Shown here: piece after piece, positions 53,025 to 64,000 of the stretch
Layout of the letters: each line of letters begins with the position of its first letter
Numbering within the stretch: the stretch's first letter is position 1
Source: an uncultured delta proteobacterium
GTDB taxonomy: Bacteria > Desulfobacterota > Syntrophia > Syntrophales > Smithellaceae
Assembly (NCBI GenBank): GCA_963753975.1
Contig: CAVWEH010000001.1
Coordinates: forward strand, 64,001 to 128,000
Direction of reading: 5' to 3'
DNA length: 64,000 nucleotides
Made by a program: the position numbers and the translations under genes
The notes under the pieces: model-generated
Told to the model about the DNA's origin: nothing
Database searches by the model: none
The model's input: only the letters and a program-made list of their open reading frames with translations

Positions 53025-53372
53025 TTATTCGACAATTTTGAGTTTCAGAGTCTTCGCGGCATCTTCCAATGATCCAAGATTGACGACATCTTTGTATCCC
53101 AGTTTCTCCAGGGCTTCTTTGGCAATTTGCGCTCGATGTCCGGTTCTACAGTATACATAGATCCTCTGCGACTTATCTTGGACAACGTCGCCAATTTTTT
53201 CACCGATCTCTTTGTAGGGGATCCGGATGGCGCCATCAAGATGACCGAAATTCCACTCCCAGGCAGTTCTGACGTCAATAATGACAGGCTTGGCCGCGTC
53301 ACCGCCAAACGTAGTCGTTGCAAAACTGGCAATCATTATGATTATCAATGCCAGGCAAAGTATTTTTTTCAT
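53025..53372 (-). CDS. Exported rhodanese-like protein (PspE type)
   Basis: Signal peptide, IIDVRT..EW..GH..GA, YCRTGHRA. Confidence 0.9.
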   Translation of the reverse strand: MKKILCLALIIIMIASFATTTFGGDAAKPVIIDVRTAWEWNFGHLDGAIRIPYKEIGEKIGDVVQDKSQRIYVYCRTGHRAQIAKEALEKLGYKDVVNLGSLEDAAKTLKLKIVE

Positions 53373-53481
53373 GTCTCCCCCTTTTTTATGGCCGATAATT
53401 TTCTATTTAAAATATTGGATGAGTCAAACGGTATCTCTCTGACCCTCCCCCGGAAGGAGAAGAGTCAGAGAGATAATGAGT

Positions 53482-54867
53482 TTATTTCTTTTTGAATAAC
53501 ATATCCTGGAGGAGTTGTTTCCCCGCTTGTGTCGCGATACTGCCGGCGGCTTTTGTGACTACAGTGCTCAAGGACGCTAGCTGGGGTTGCACCAGCTTGG
53601 TATTGGTCTTTTTAGTGGTGCCGCCAACCTTTAGTTTCAGGTCGATCACGCCGTCTTTATTGAGCAGGGGCTCCATCGCCGCCTCAGCCAGTTTATTCGA
53701 ATCGGCGTATTTCTTTGCCTGCGGGCTCTTAATGGCCGCTTCTATTTTTTGGGCCAGCGATGCTTTGACGGCATCATTTATTTCCTTTTTCATCACCATA
53801 TCCATGTTCATGTCGAGCGCCTTCGAATCCGTATTGACCGCGCCGTCGAAGAGAAGCTTCGCCTCTTTGAGGTCGAGTCTGCCGTTCGTAAGCTCGGTCT
53901 TATTGTCTTTGTAGTGCACGTCGACACCGGTTTCTTTGGAGTCTTTCCACTGCTGTTTATCCTTCAAAAAGGAGATATATTGCCCCAGATAATCGCCCAG
54001 GAGAGGAATGGACGCCACGGAATTAAAAATCTGCAATCCGGTGATCTCGCCGTCGGGGACAGCTACATGTAAAATTACCTCGGGATCCAAATACCGTGTT
54101 TTCACATCAAAAGGAATTACCTTTCCCGTTGCATCCAATGTCAGGTCGAAATTCTGGACACTCCCTGTTTTCATGGGGCCGACAGTTTTCAAACCGAGGC
54201 CTATTTTTAATTTTACCTCGTCTTTCTTTTCCAAGTCTTTCGGGTCTATGTTGATATCGTAGGCCAGAGTGGTCAGCTTATAAACCTGAAATTTTTGATC
54301 GTACTCGCCGTCGTAGTAGTTGATGGTGCCGTTCTTGATGCCGATTTCTCCCACGGTAATGGCGATAGGTATATCATCGGCCGTAATGGGTTTTGCCGGT
54401 TCCTTGACTTCCGCTTTATCGACCGGCTGTTTCTTGGGCTTGATCAAATCGTCGCAGTTCAAAACGCCCTGCTTGCTTTTGGTCAGGTTGATGATGGGGC
54501 TGTACAAAACAAGTTCCTTAAGATCGAATTGTTTTCTTAGCAGGGGCAAAAGCCTGATTTTGAAGCGCAAAGATTCCATTCCGGTAAAGAGATCGCCTGC
54601 CGGAACGGGTTTGCCCTGAAGAGTTGCGAGTTCCTGAGGAGTCTTAAAATTGGAAATGGCGACTTTCTTTATCTCAATTCCCGAAACGATGGAGAAAATG
54701 CTGACATCGATTTTTTCGATATAGACCTGCCGGTGCAGTGCCTGGGAAATCTGTAACGCGATAAATTCCTTGTTCACTTTGATCATGATGATAATGCCGG
54801 CAATAACGACAAGAATTAAAATGGCCGCAACCAAAGAACCGATAGTGATAAGTATTTTTTTAAACAT
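53482..54867 (-). CDS. AsmA family protein
   Basis: N-terminal TM, 'LRFKIRLLPLL', 'IKNGTINYYD' beta-rich pattern. Confidence 0.8.
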   Translation of the reverse strand: MFKKILITIGSLVAAILILVVIAGIIIMIKVNKEFIALQISQALHRQVYIEKIDVSIFSIVSGIEIKKVAISNFKTPQELATLQGKPVPAGDLFTGMESLRFKIRLLPLLRKQFDLKELVLYSPIINLTKSKQGVLNCDDLIKPKKQPVDKAEVKEPAKPITADDIPIAITVGEIGIKNGTINYYDGEYDQKFQVYKLTTLAYDINIDPKDLEKKDEVKLKIGLGLKTVGPMKTGSVQNFDLTLDATGKVIPFDVKTRYLDPEVILHVAVPDGEITGLQIFNSVASIPLLGDYLGQYISFLKDKQQWKDSKETGVDVHYKDNKTELTNGRLDLKEAKLLFDGAVNTDSKALDMNMDMVMKKEINDAVKASLAQKIEAAIKSPQAKKYADSNKLAEAAMEPLLNKDGVIDLKLKVGGTTKKTNTKLVQPQLASLSTVVTKAAGSIATQAGKQLLQDMLFKKK

Positions 54868-54982
54868 AACTCTTACCGCCTTTCCTTAAAGTTCGAATAA
54901 ATACCAATTAAAAATTAAAATTTAATAAACGGCAGGTCATTTCCATCGCCTGCTATGCATATAGGGGAAAAAATACCGGATG

Positions 54983-55050
54983 TCAATCCCGCGACTTGGA
55001 ATTTCCCGGCTCCTGTAACCTAAAGGTCATCTGCGACCGGAGGTGTCTCC
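54983..55050. repeat. REP-like element (copy 5)
   Basis: tcaatcccgcgacttggaatttcccggctcc plus taacct.aaggtca module shared with other copies. Confidence 0.65.
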
Positions 55051-55248
55051 CTTGGTATGCGCAAATTTTGAAGAGCAAACTTTCAGCGGATAAGCATCAT
55101 ATTTGACTGACAATTTTTCTTGACACGCAATCGCACTTCTCCTATGCTTTATTAAAATAAAGCACAGCCGTATTTAATAAAATATTTGAAATTAAGATAA
55201 TATTGGTTGAAATTAATACAATTTTCATCGGCAGAGGTAAAGGCAGAG

Positions 55249-57480
55249 ATGGATATAAGGCAAAAATCTTTAGATGCACTTATCCTTATGAACTCAGCCA
55301 TAAAGAATGTGCGCCTCTATCCCCCTACCAGTGCTGCAATTATTAATACTATCGAAAAGCTTCATCTGGCTTTTTTGAACATGTTTGCCCTGGAAGCTCC
55401 GATAATCTTTGCGGAATCAGAGAAAAATCTTTTGATCTGTGGAAAACCATTAGACCAGAAAGACTTGGAAAAGCCACAGGTTACTACATTGCTGAACATC
55501 CTTCTCAATCTCGGTATTGAAAGCATCACTTTCGATATAGGGTTGGAAAAAGCGGAACTTGGTGTTTTTTTGGAGCTACTTTCAAAAAGGCCGGAGAGTG
55601 TAAAAAGCGAAGGCGATTTGCTCAAAATCATGGACGAAAATAATGTGCAGCATATTTACCTGAATCAAAAGGTTTATGTAGCCATGGACAAGAAACAGAA
55701 GATATTGTCCAGCCTTGATATTACCGATGATCAAATCACCCAGTTTTTTATGCAGATTCATCCGGAATTGGCAGGCGATGCTGACAAACTTCAAGAAATG
55801 ATGAGGGATCCGGAATGGTTATCGCAAACTTTCCAGACAGAGTTATCTCAGATGATGAGGCAAAAAGGAGCTTTATCCGCTGTTGTGCTTTCCGAAAATC
55901 TGGAGAAGATGATAGCTTTAATGGATAAAGTTGCCGGTTCGCTTGATGAGCAAGATCGCGACAAGGTATCCCGGCGCATCGGGAAGTTGATTACTTTCTT
56001 GGATTCCGACATAGTACAACAGCTAAATGTTCAGAATATTGAGCACCTTTTCGGCGGTATGCTGCTGCAATATCTTGCCGGTAAAATTACCGGGGATAAA
56101 CCTGTTAAAGCGCATATATCCAATGAAGGGGTATCCGTTAAAACTCAAATCCCGGAGAGTGGCGCCGCTCTGGAGACGACTTCCTTGCAAAATCAAATCC
56201 TTAATCTTAAAGAAAAACTTCGTTCTTCTCCGCAGGATGATCAGAAAGCCTTTTTGGATGCACCTTTAATGTTGGATTTACCCAATCTTTTCGAACAACT
56301 CGATGCTCAAAAAGAACACGAGACCATGGCGATAATTATCAACCGCCTGGTGGGCAATCTGTTCAGCAAAAATGCCGATGTGCGCGCTCAGGCGTCTACG
56401 GCGCTTGCCGATATATTTGCCGGCCTTTCTCACGAGCGGAAGAACAAACTGATCGAAAGCCTATCAACTCAATTGATTAACTGGATCAAAATAGAACCTT
56501 TGGCAACACGAGCCTACACGAAAATATGTAATAATTTGAAAGACCTTGTCCATGATTTTATTCGTGAAGGGCGTTTTGCCGAAGCAATCCCGATTTTGGA
56601 TGTTTTTAGTAATATTAGCGCCGGAATTTTGGAAAAGAATGATGAGGCGCAAGAAATATCTTCGGATATTATTCGGGCTCTGGCATCAGAAGAGCACCTT
56701 GCCATTCTTTTAAAAGCATTTAACGCCAAGAATTCAAGCAAACAGGTTGAATCAGGCAGGGTATTGGTTAGGCTTGACGACGATGCAATGAACCGTTTGC
56801 TGGATATTCTCCGGAACAAGGCCGATAGCGATGACCGCGTGCGCATTATGAAACTATTTATCGGAATTGGAAAGAGGGCTGTGCCGGTCATCAGGGATAG
56901 GATCAGTAAAACAGCACCCTGGTATTATTTGCGTAATCTTGCGTACATACTCGGCCATATCGGTGACGAATCGAGCGCCGGCGCGCTTCAGCCCCTTCTG
57001 CTGCATGAAAATAAACGGCTGCGGATGGAAGCCTTAAAAGGTATTTATCGGACAGGCGGGAAAGAAAGAGGGGCAATCCTGTTATCTGTTTTACCCCTTG
57101 CGGATGATCAATTCAAACTTAGCATTATTGAAACCCTGGGTAACGCGAAATGTGTTGACGCAGTACCCGAACTTCTATCTCTGCTAAAAAAACGGCGATT
57201 AGTAACCCCATCGTTGCGTGCTGATCAGGAAGAGAGAATCTGTGCCGCCCTTGGCTCCATTGGATCTCCAGAGGCATTGCCCGCTCTTTCCCAAATAGCT
57301 AAAGCGGTATCTTTCTTCCACATCCGCTCTTATGCCGCAAAGGTTAAAATTGCGGCCGGTATAGCTGTGGCATCCATTAGAAAAAAGCAGGAAGAAACGG
57401 TGCAAGCAATGAAAGCTGCAGAAACAGTACAGGAAGCGAAAGCGGCAGAAGTAGTAGCTGAGGTCGGAGTCTCCAATTGA
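55249..57480 (+). CDS. HEAT-repeat domain protein (paralog A)
   Basis: VRLYPP N-terminal domain, WYYLRNLAYILG HEAT repeats. Confidence 0.85.
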   Translation: MDIRQKSLDALILMNSAIKNVRLYPPTSAAIINTIEKLHLAFLNMFALEAPIIFAESEKNLLICGKPLDQKDLEKPQVTTLLNILLNLGIESITFDIGLEKAELGVFLELLSKRPESVKSEGDLLKIMDENNVQHIYLNQKVYVAMDKKQKILSSLDITDDQITQFFMQIHPELAGDADKLQEMMRDPEWLSQTFQTELSQMMRQKGALSAVVLSENLEKMIALMDKVAGSLDEQDRDKVSRRIGKLITFLDSDIVQQLNVQNIEHLFGGMLLQYLAGKITGDKPVKAHISNEGVSVKTQIPESGAALETTSLQNQILNLKEKLRSSPQDDQKAFLDAPLMLDLPNLFEQLDAQKEHETMAIIINRLVGNLFSKNADVRAQASTALADIFAGLSHERKNKLIESLSTQLINWIKIEPLATRAYTKICNNLKDLVHDFIREGRFAEAIPILDVFSNISAGILEKNDEAQEISSDIIRALASEEHLAILLKAFNAKNSSKQVESGRVLVRLDDDAMNRLLDILRNKADSDDRVRIMKLFIGIGKRAVPVIRDRISKTAPWYYLRNLAYILGHIGDESSAGALQPLLLHENKRLRMEALKGIYRTGGKERGAILLSVLPLADDQFKLSIIETLGNAKCVDAVPELLSLLKKRRLVTPSLRADQEERICAALGSIGSPEALPALSQIAKAVSFFHIRSYAAKVKIAAGIAVASIRKKQEETVQAMKAAETVQEAKAAEVVAEVGVSN

Positions 57481-57520
57481 CACAAAATAGAATTTAGCGG
57501 AGGAAAAGGTAAAGGCAGAG

Positions 57521-59722
57521 ATGGATATAAATCAAAAATCTTTAGATGCACTTATCATTTTGAACACAGCCATAAAGAATGTGCGCCTCTATCCCCCTAC
57601 CAGTGCTGCAATTATTAATACTATCGAAAGGCTTCATCTGGCTTTTCTGGACATGTTTGCCCTGGAAGCTCCGATAATCTTCGCGGAATCAGAGAAAAAT
57701 CTTTTGATCTGTGGAAAACCATTAGACCAGAAAGACCAGGAAAGATTCCAGGTCACGGCATTACTGAACATCCTTCTCAGTTTTGGTATGAAGAGCATCA
57801 CTTTCGATATAGGGCTGGAAAAAGCGGAACTTAGTGCTTTTTTGGAGCTACTTTCAAGAAAGCCGGAAAGTGTAAAAAGCGAAGGCGGTTTGCTCAAAAT
57901 CATGGACGAAAATAATGTGCGGCATATTTACCTGGATCAAAAGGTTTATGTAACCATAGATAAAGATCAAAAAATCATTTCCAGCCTTGATATTACCGAT
58001 GATCAAATCACCCAGTTTTTTATGCAGACTCATCCGGAATTGGCAGGCGATGCTAAAAAACTTCAAGAAATGATGAAGGATCCGGAATGGTTATCGCAAA
58101 CTTTCCAAGCAGGGTTATCTCAGATGATGAGGCAAAAGGAAGCTTTATCCAATGTTGAGCTTTCCGAAAATCTGGAGAAGATGATAGCTTTAATGGATAA
58201 AGTTGCCGGTTCGCTTGACGAGAAAGATCGCGACAAGGTATCCCAGCACATCGGGGAGTCCATTGTTAGCGCAGACCATGATATGACTAAGCAGCTGACA
58301 ACTCAGAATATTGAGCACCTTTTCGGCGGCATGCTGCTGCAATATCTTGTCAGTGAACTCGGTGAGGTTAAATCTGTTGCGGCGCGTACATCAAACGCGG
58401 GTGTATCAGATGGTAAGCAAGGTGATGGTAGTGGAAGTGGAAGTGGCTTCACCGGAGGTGAGGGCTCTGCTGGTGCAGTTCGTCCGGGGAAAGATGATTA
58501 TCAAAGCCAGATGAATGCTCTTAAACAAATGCTCAAAGCGCAACTGAAAAGTGATGAAAAAGGTCTTTTGAATACATCTCTGATGTCAGTCCTGCCCAAA
58601 ATTATCGAACAGCTCATTGTTCAAAAAGAAGATGAGACTATGGAAACGATCACCAGCCGCCTGCTCAAAAATCTGTTGAGTGAAGACGTCGAAGTGCGCA
58701 ATCAGGCATCTAAAGGCCTGGCCGATATCTTTGAAACACTTCCTCTGCAGCGGAAAAACGAACTGATCGAAAGAATATCAGCAGCATTAATGAATTGGAT
58801 CAAATTGGAAACATTGACATCACCTGCCTATGTGAAAATCTGCAACAGCCTGCAGCAATTCGTGCAGGATCTTATCCGCAAGGGACGTTTTGGTGAAACA
58901 ATCCCGATTCTGGATGTTTTCAGCGATATTCATGCCGGTGTTTTGGAAAAGAATGTTACGATACGGGAAATATCTTCAGAGGTTATTAGAAATCTGGCAA
59001 CAGAAGAACATCAAGCTCTACTCTTTAAAGAATATCATAGCAATAAGCAAAACAAACAGGCCGAGGCGGGTAAGATATTGGTTAGATTTGGGGATTTTAT
59101 ATTGGAGCGCTTGCTCGATAATGTTCAAAAAGTTGCCGACAGTGACGAGCGTGTACGTATTATGCGTCTGATAATCGAAATGGGACAGAAAGCCGTACCA
59201 TTTGTCCGGAAACAGATCAGTAAAGATGCATCATGGTATTATTTACGCAATCTTGCGTATATACTCGGCCATATCGGTAATGAAGAGAGTGCCAATGCGC
59301 TGAAACCACTGCTGCTCCATGAAAACGAACGGTTGCGTATGGAAGCCTTGAAAAGTGTTTACCGGACAGGAGGAAAAGATAGAGGACAACTGCTATTGTC
59401 CGTTTTGCCCCAGGTAGATGATCAATTCAAGCGTAACATAATTGAAACGCTTGGTAACGCGAAATGTGTCGATGCTGTACCCGATCTTCTGAAGATGCTC
59501 AAAACCAGGTCAGCAATAGCCCCATCATTCCGGGCTGATCTGGAAGAGAAAATCTGTATTGCCCTTGGCGCCATCGGATCCCCTGAAGCGATACCGGCAC
59601 TTTCGGAAATCGCTGAATCAAAGTCTTTTTTACGAATCGGTAATTATCCCCAAAAAGTCAAAATTGCCGCCGGCATGGCGTTAATATCTATTAGAAAAAA
59701 ACAGCCGGAAATAGCAGAGTAG
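57521..59722 (+). CDS. HEAT-repeat domain protein (paralog B)
   Basis: Same architecture; near-identical 5' ~820 nt to paralog A. Confidence 0.85.
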   Translation: MDINQKSLDALIILNTAIKNVRLYPPTSAAIINTIERLHLAFLDMFALEAPIIFAESEKNLLICGKPLDQKDQERFQVTALLNILLSFGMKSITFDIGLEKAELSAFLELLSRKPESVKSEGGLLKIMDENNVRHIYLDQKVYVTIDKDQKIISSLDITDDQITQFFMQTHPELAGDAKKLQEMMKDPEWLSQTFQAGLSQMMRQKEALSNVELSENLEKMIALMDKVAGSLDEKDRDKVSQHIGESIVSADHDMTKQLTTQNIEHLFGGMLLQYLVSELGEVKSVAARTSNAGVSDGKQGDGSGSGSGFTGGEGSAGAVRPGKDDYQSQMNALKQMLKAQLKSDEKGLLNTSLMSVLPKIIEQLIVQKEDETMETITSRLLKNLLSEDVEVRNQASKGLADIFETLPLQRKNELIERISAALMNWIKLETLTSPAYVKICNSLQQFVQDLIRKGRFGETIPILDVFSDIHAGVLEKNVTIREISSEVIRNLATEEHQALLFKEYHSNKQNKQAEAGKILVRFGDFILERLLDNVQKVADSDERVRIMRLIIEMGQKAVPFVRKQISKDASWYYLRNLAYILGHIGNEESANALKPLLLHENERLRMEALKSVYRTGGKDRGQLLLSVLPQVDDQFKRNIIETLGNAKCVDAVPDLLKMLKTRSAIAPSFRADLEEKICIALGAIGSPEAIPALSEIAESKSFLRIGNYPQKVKIAAGMALISIRKKQPEIAE

Positions 59723-59769
59723 TACTAACGTTGATTTAAGTTTATAGATAAAAAATATTGTTTGTTCCT

Positions 59770-60393
59770 TTATACTCTAGTTGTCTTCATTAAATTATTA
59801 ATATTTCGCGTCGCCATTTCCGGGTCGGGTGATGCGCAAATTGCCGAGACAACGGCAACACAATCGGCACCGGCCTTGATAACGTCTCTGACGTTGAACT
59901 CATTGATCCCTCCGATGGCCACTACGGGATGACGGCTGTAAGCTTTGACTTTGGCCAGGCCTTCCAGACCCCAGGCGCCTTTTGTATCCCTTTTGGTCGG
60001 AGTCGAAAAAACCGGACTGACGCCGATATAACTTACATCGAGCTTTTGACTTAGTTCGACATCTTCCCATGTTGCCACGGATAAGCCGATTATTGCTTTT
60101 TGCCCCATAAGTTGGCGCACAATTTCGTAGGGCATATCTTCCTGGCCGATATGAACGCCTTCGGCCCTGCAGGCGAGAGCCACATCAATGCGGTCATTTA
60201 TTATCAGCGGAACTTTATACGGCTCTAAAAGCTTTTTAATTCGTTTGGCTTCTTCCACAAAAAAACTGGTGGAAACATCTTTTTCACGCAGTTGCACATA
60301 AGCGACACCGCCTTTTACCGCCTTCATAATGACTTCTTCCAAAGGCTTTCCTCCGCATAAACGGCGGTCAGTTACCAGATACAATCCGCGCAT
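59770..60393 (-). CDS. thiE: Thiamine-phosphate synthase
   Basis: LYLVTD, VQLREK, IINDRID, GVHIGQED, AIGGI. Confidence 0.96.
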   Translation of the reverse strand: MRGLYLVTDRRLCGGKPLEEVIMKAVKGGVAYVQLREKDVSTSFFVEEAKRIKKLLEPYKVPLIINDRIDVALACRAEGVHIGQEDMPYEIVRQLMGQKAIIGLSVATWEDVELSQKLDVSYIGVSPVFSTPTKRDTKGAWGLEGLAKVKAYSRHPVVAIGGINEFNVRDVIKAGADCVAVVSAICASPDPEMATRNINNLMKTTRV

Positions 60394-60395
60394 AG

Positions 60396-61199
60396 CTAAT
60401 CCTCGACTCTTAAACGTTGACTGATGTCCTTTTCCGACAGGTGGTAGAGGCAATCCAGAAAATGAGTTTGGAGGCTGCCGGGTCCGAGGGCATGTGCTGC
60501 CGCCATTTCTCCGGCAATTCCCATTACCGCCATGGCTTTCGCTGCAGCGGCAAAGGCTGATTTTTCTACAGCGGCAAATGCGCCGCACAAGGCCGATGCG
60601 GTACAGCCTAACCCTGTAACTTTGGTCATCAGCGGATGACCATTTTTAACTTTCATAATTTTTTCTTTATCAATAATATAATCAATTGCTCCGCTGATAC
60701 AAATGACACATTTGTGAGTTTCGCATAATTTTTGCGCTATATCAATTGCTGCATCTGAAGATGCAGCGCTATCCACGCCCTTTGTTTTGGATTTATCGTC
60801 ATAGAGCGCCATAATTTCGGAGGCATTACCGCGGATGATAGCCGGCGGTTCGCTATTAATCAAATCTCTGGCTGTTTGTGTCCGGTAACTGGTTGCTCCC
60901 GCCCCAACGGGATCAAGTATAATGGGAATCCCTCTCTTTCTGGCCTGAGTGAGCGCTTTAAACATTGAGTAAATCCATGGTTTGCTCAATGTGCCGATGT
61001 TAATTACCAGGGCCGAAGATATGGTGACCATTTCTTCCACTTCTTCTTGGGCATGCGCCATGACCGGAGATGCTCCCAGTGCCAGTAAGGCGTTGGCTGT
61101 ATTATTCATTGCCACGTAATTGGTAATATTATGGACGACCGGTGATTTCTGACGGATCATTTCAACGGATTTGAAAATATCTATCGCTGTTATCTTCAT
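60396..61199 (-). CDS. thiM: Hydroxyethylthiazole kinase
   Basis: HNITNYV, LDPVGAG, RGNASEI, VTGLGC. Confidence 0.96.
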   Translation of the reverse strand: MKITAIDIFKSVEMIRQKSPVVHNITNYVAMNNTANALLALGASPVMAHAQEEVEEMVTISSALVINIGTLSKPWIYSMFKALTQARKRGIPIILDPVGAGATSYRTQTARDLINSEPPAIIRGNASEIMALYDDKSKTKGVDSAASSDAAIDIAQKLCETHKCVICISGAIDYIIDKEKIMKVKNGHPLMTKVTGLGCTASALCGAFAAVEKSAFAAAAKAMAVMGIAGEMAAAHALGPGSLQTHFLDCLYHLSEKDISQRLRVED

Positions 61200-61235
61200 G
61201 ATTTTTCACTCCTGCATTATTATTTTATTATTCCT

Positions 61236-61303
61236 TATCCCGCTATTGCGGGATTGTTCAACTAACCAATTCCAATGCACTTCGTTTTTGGAATTGGAGT
61301 TTC
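61236..61303. repeat. REP-like element (copy 6)
   Basis: Reverse complement gtgaaact-ccaattccaa/ttggaattgg-ttagttgaac-atcccgc/gcgggat matches 9415-9490. Confidence 0.75.
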
Positions 61304-61306
61304 ACA

Positions 61307-61348
61307 ATAAAAAATCCCTTTTTGCCATAACAGAGCAGAAAGGGATTA
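61307..61348 (-). terminator. Riboswitch expression-platform terminator
   Basis: Minus strand aatcccttt..gc/gc..aaagggatt followed by T run. Confidence 0.75.
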
Positions 61349-61365
61349 TGAATTATTTGCCGTCC

Positions 61366-61447
61366 TCTCCCTTCGCTGGCATTATCCAGATCAGGTTCAA
61401 TGGGTATAATCTCAGATCCGGCGTGCACCGGGCCACCCCTGGTTACT
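61366..61447 (-). promoter_or_regulatory. TPP riboswitch
   Basis: Minus strand GGGGTG...CTGAGA..ATACCC..GAACCTGATCTGGATAATGCCAGCGAAGGGA upstream of thiM-thiE. Confidence 0.95.
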
Positions 61448-61509
61448 ATTGTTTACCAACATAATTAAAATTCGTCAACTTACTTTAATGAGCTGTTAGC
61501 GAATCATAA

Positions 61510-62469
61510 TTAAGTGCCTATTCCCTCGAATAAAACGGTGGAGAGGTATCGCTCACCGGCATCGGGAAAAATGACGACAATATTTTTTCCGGCAAATTCA
61601 TCCAGCTTGGCGAGCCTCACCGCTGCTGCTCCCGCCGCGCCGCTGGAAATGCCGACTAAAATTCCTTCTTCCCGTGCCAGTCTGCGGGCAAATTCCACAG
61701 CTTCCATACTTTCTATCTGTTCCGTGCGATCGACGAGGGATAAATCAAGCGTGTCCGGAATAAATCCGGCGCCGATTCCTTGGATTTTATGCGGCCCCGG
61801 TTTCAACTCTCGACCCGCAAGTTTTTGGCTGATGACCGGGCTTTCTTTTGGTTCCACTGCCACCGAAATAATTTTTTTCTTCATTTTATTTTTAATGCAG
61901 CGGGATATTCCGGTAATTGTTCCACCGGTTCCGACTCCTGACACAAGAATATCAACCGCTCCCTCCGTATCGTTCCAGATTTCCGGTCCGGTCGTCCTTT
62001 CGTGAATAGCGGGGTTGGCCGGATTCTTGAACTGCTGCGGTAAAAAATACTTCTTGGGGTCGGAAGCGACGATGGCTTCTGCTTTGGCAATTGCACCCTT
62101 CATGCCTTCTACCCCGGGAGTAAGAATAAGATTAGCTCCGAACGCAGCTAATACTTTCCGGCGTTCGATGCTCATGGTCTCCGGCATGGTCAGCGTTAAT
62201 TTGTATCCGTGCGCCGCCGCCACATAAGCCAGGGCAATACCGGTATTACCACTGGTCGGTTCAATAATTTCCACGCCGGGTTTCATGAGCCCTTTTTTCT
62301 CCGCATCCCAGATCATGGCGGCGCCGATGCGGCACTTGACGGAATACGCGGGGTTTCGCCCCTCAATCTTAGCCAGAACAATGGCCTTCGCACCTTTGGT
62401 TACATGATTTAGTTTTATCAGCGGCGTATTGCCGATTGATTGTGAATTATCCGAATATATTTTTTTCAT
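61510..62469 (-). CDS. cysK: Cysteine synthase A
   Basis: SVKCRIG PLP lysine, [20 protein letters not shown]. Confidence 0.97.
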   Translation of the reverse strand: MKKIYSDNSQSIGNTPLIKLNHVTKGAKAIVLAKIEGRNPAYSVKCRIGAAMIWDAEKKGLMKPGVEIIEPTSGNTGIALAYVAAAHGYKLTLTMPETMSIERRKVLAAFGANLILTPGVEGMKGAIAKAEAIVASDPKKYFLPQQFKNPANPAIHERTTGPEIWNDTEGAVDILVSGVGTGGTITGISRCIKNKMKKKIISVAVEPKESPVISQKLAGRELKPGPHKIQGIGAGFIPDTLDLSLVDRTEQIESMEAVEFARRLAREEGILVGISSGAAGAAAVRLAKLDEFAGKNIVVIFPDAGERYLSTVLFEGIGT

Positions 62470-62528
62470 AAGGGGTCCTCCAAAATTGCAATTTAATATT
62501 CACCTTCTCTGCGGAGAAATAAAAGGAA

Positions 62529-63831
<1,303 letters not shown>

Positions 63832-63851
63832 TTATTAAAAGTATTATAATA

Positions 63852-64000
63852 TCAATTAATTTCACGAATAACTTTCTCAATTACGCCGCCGCCCAGGACG
63901 CAGTCGCCCGCATAGAGAACAACAGCCTGTCCCGGCGTAATGGATTCCTGAGTTTCTTTAAAAATGACTTTTAAATTTTTACCTTCCGGTGAAATTTTAC
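63852..64000 (-). CDS. mnmA: tRNA 2-thiouridine synthase MnmA, C-terminal fragment (window edge)
   Basis: Translates [39 protein letters not shown]. Confidence 0.85.
   Translation of the reverse strand, partial: KISPEGKNLKVIFKETQESITPGQAVVLYAGDCVLGGGVIEKVIREIN

Overview
Chromosomal window from an anaerobic deltaproteobacterium; gene content suggests Syntrophales/Smithella-like (inference, not checked by search). Core blocks: ppiD/surA-like, mreBCD-mrdA-rodA, bactofilin, atpF'FHAGDC, greA, moaA, amrS, thiE-thiM under a TPP riboswitch, cysK, frameshifted metY, the 3' end of mnmA, tRNA-Leu(CAA) and tRNA-Ala(GGC). Notable non-core elements: (1) a non-canonical tRNA-Sec-like gene (UCA anticodon, 12-bp acceptor/T branch, U73) followed by a second small structured RNA and divergent from a CysL-like LysR regulator; (2) an integrase-less integron cassette array (4 clear attC plus degenerate ones) whose four cassettes all look HEPN/DUF5677-like, with a tyrosine-integrase remnant beside tRNA-Leu; (3) an AT-rich two-gene module of a PD-(D/E)XK-DGQHR-HEPN protein (one frameshift) and a Dam-family methylase, a candidate defence system; (4) a dispersed modular REP-like hairpin family with compensatory stem changes at six loci; (5) tandem HEAT-repeat paralogs. 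Four +1 frameshifts suggest possible sequencing error. No CRISPR array or rRNA seen. All family calls come from motif recognition, not database searches.
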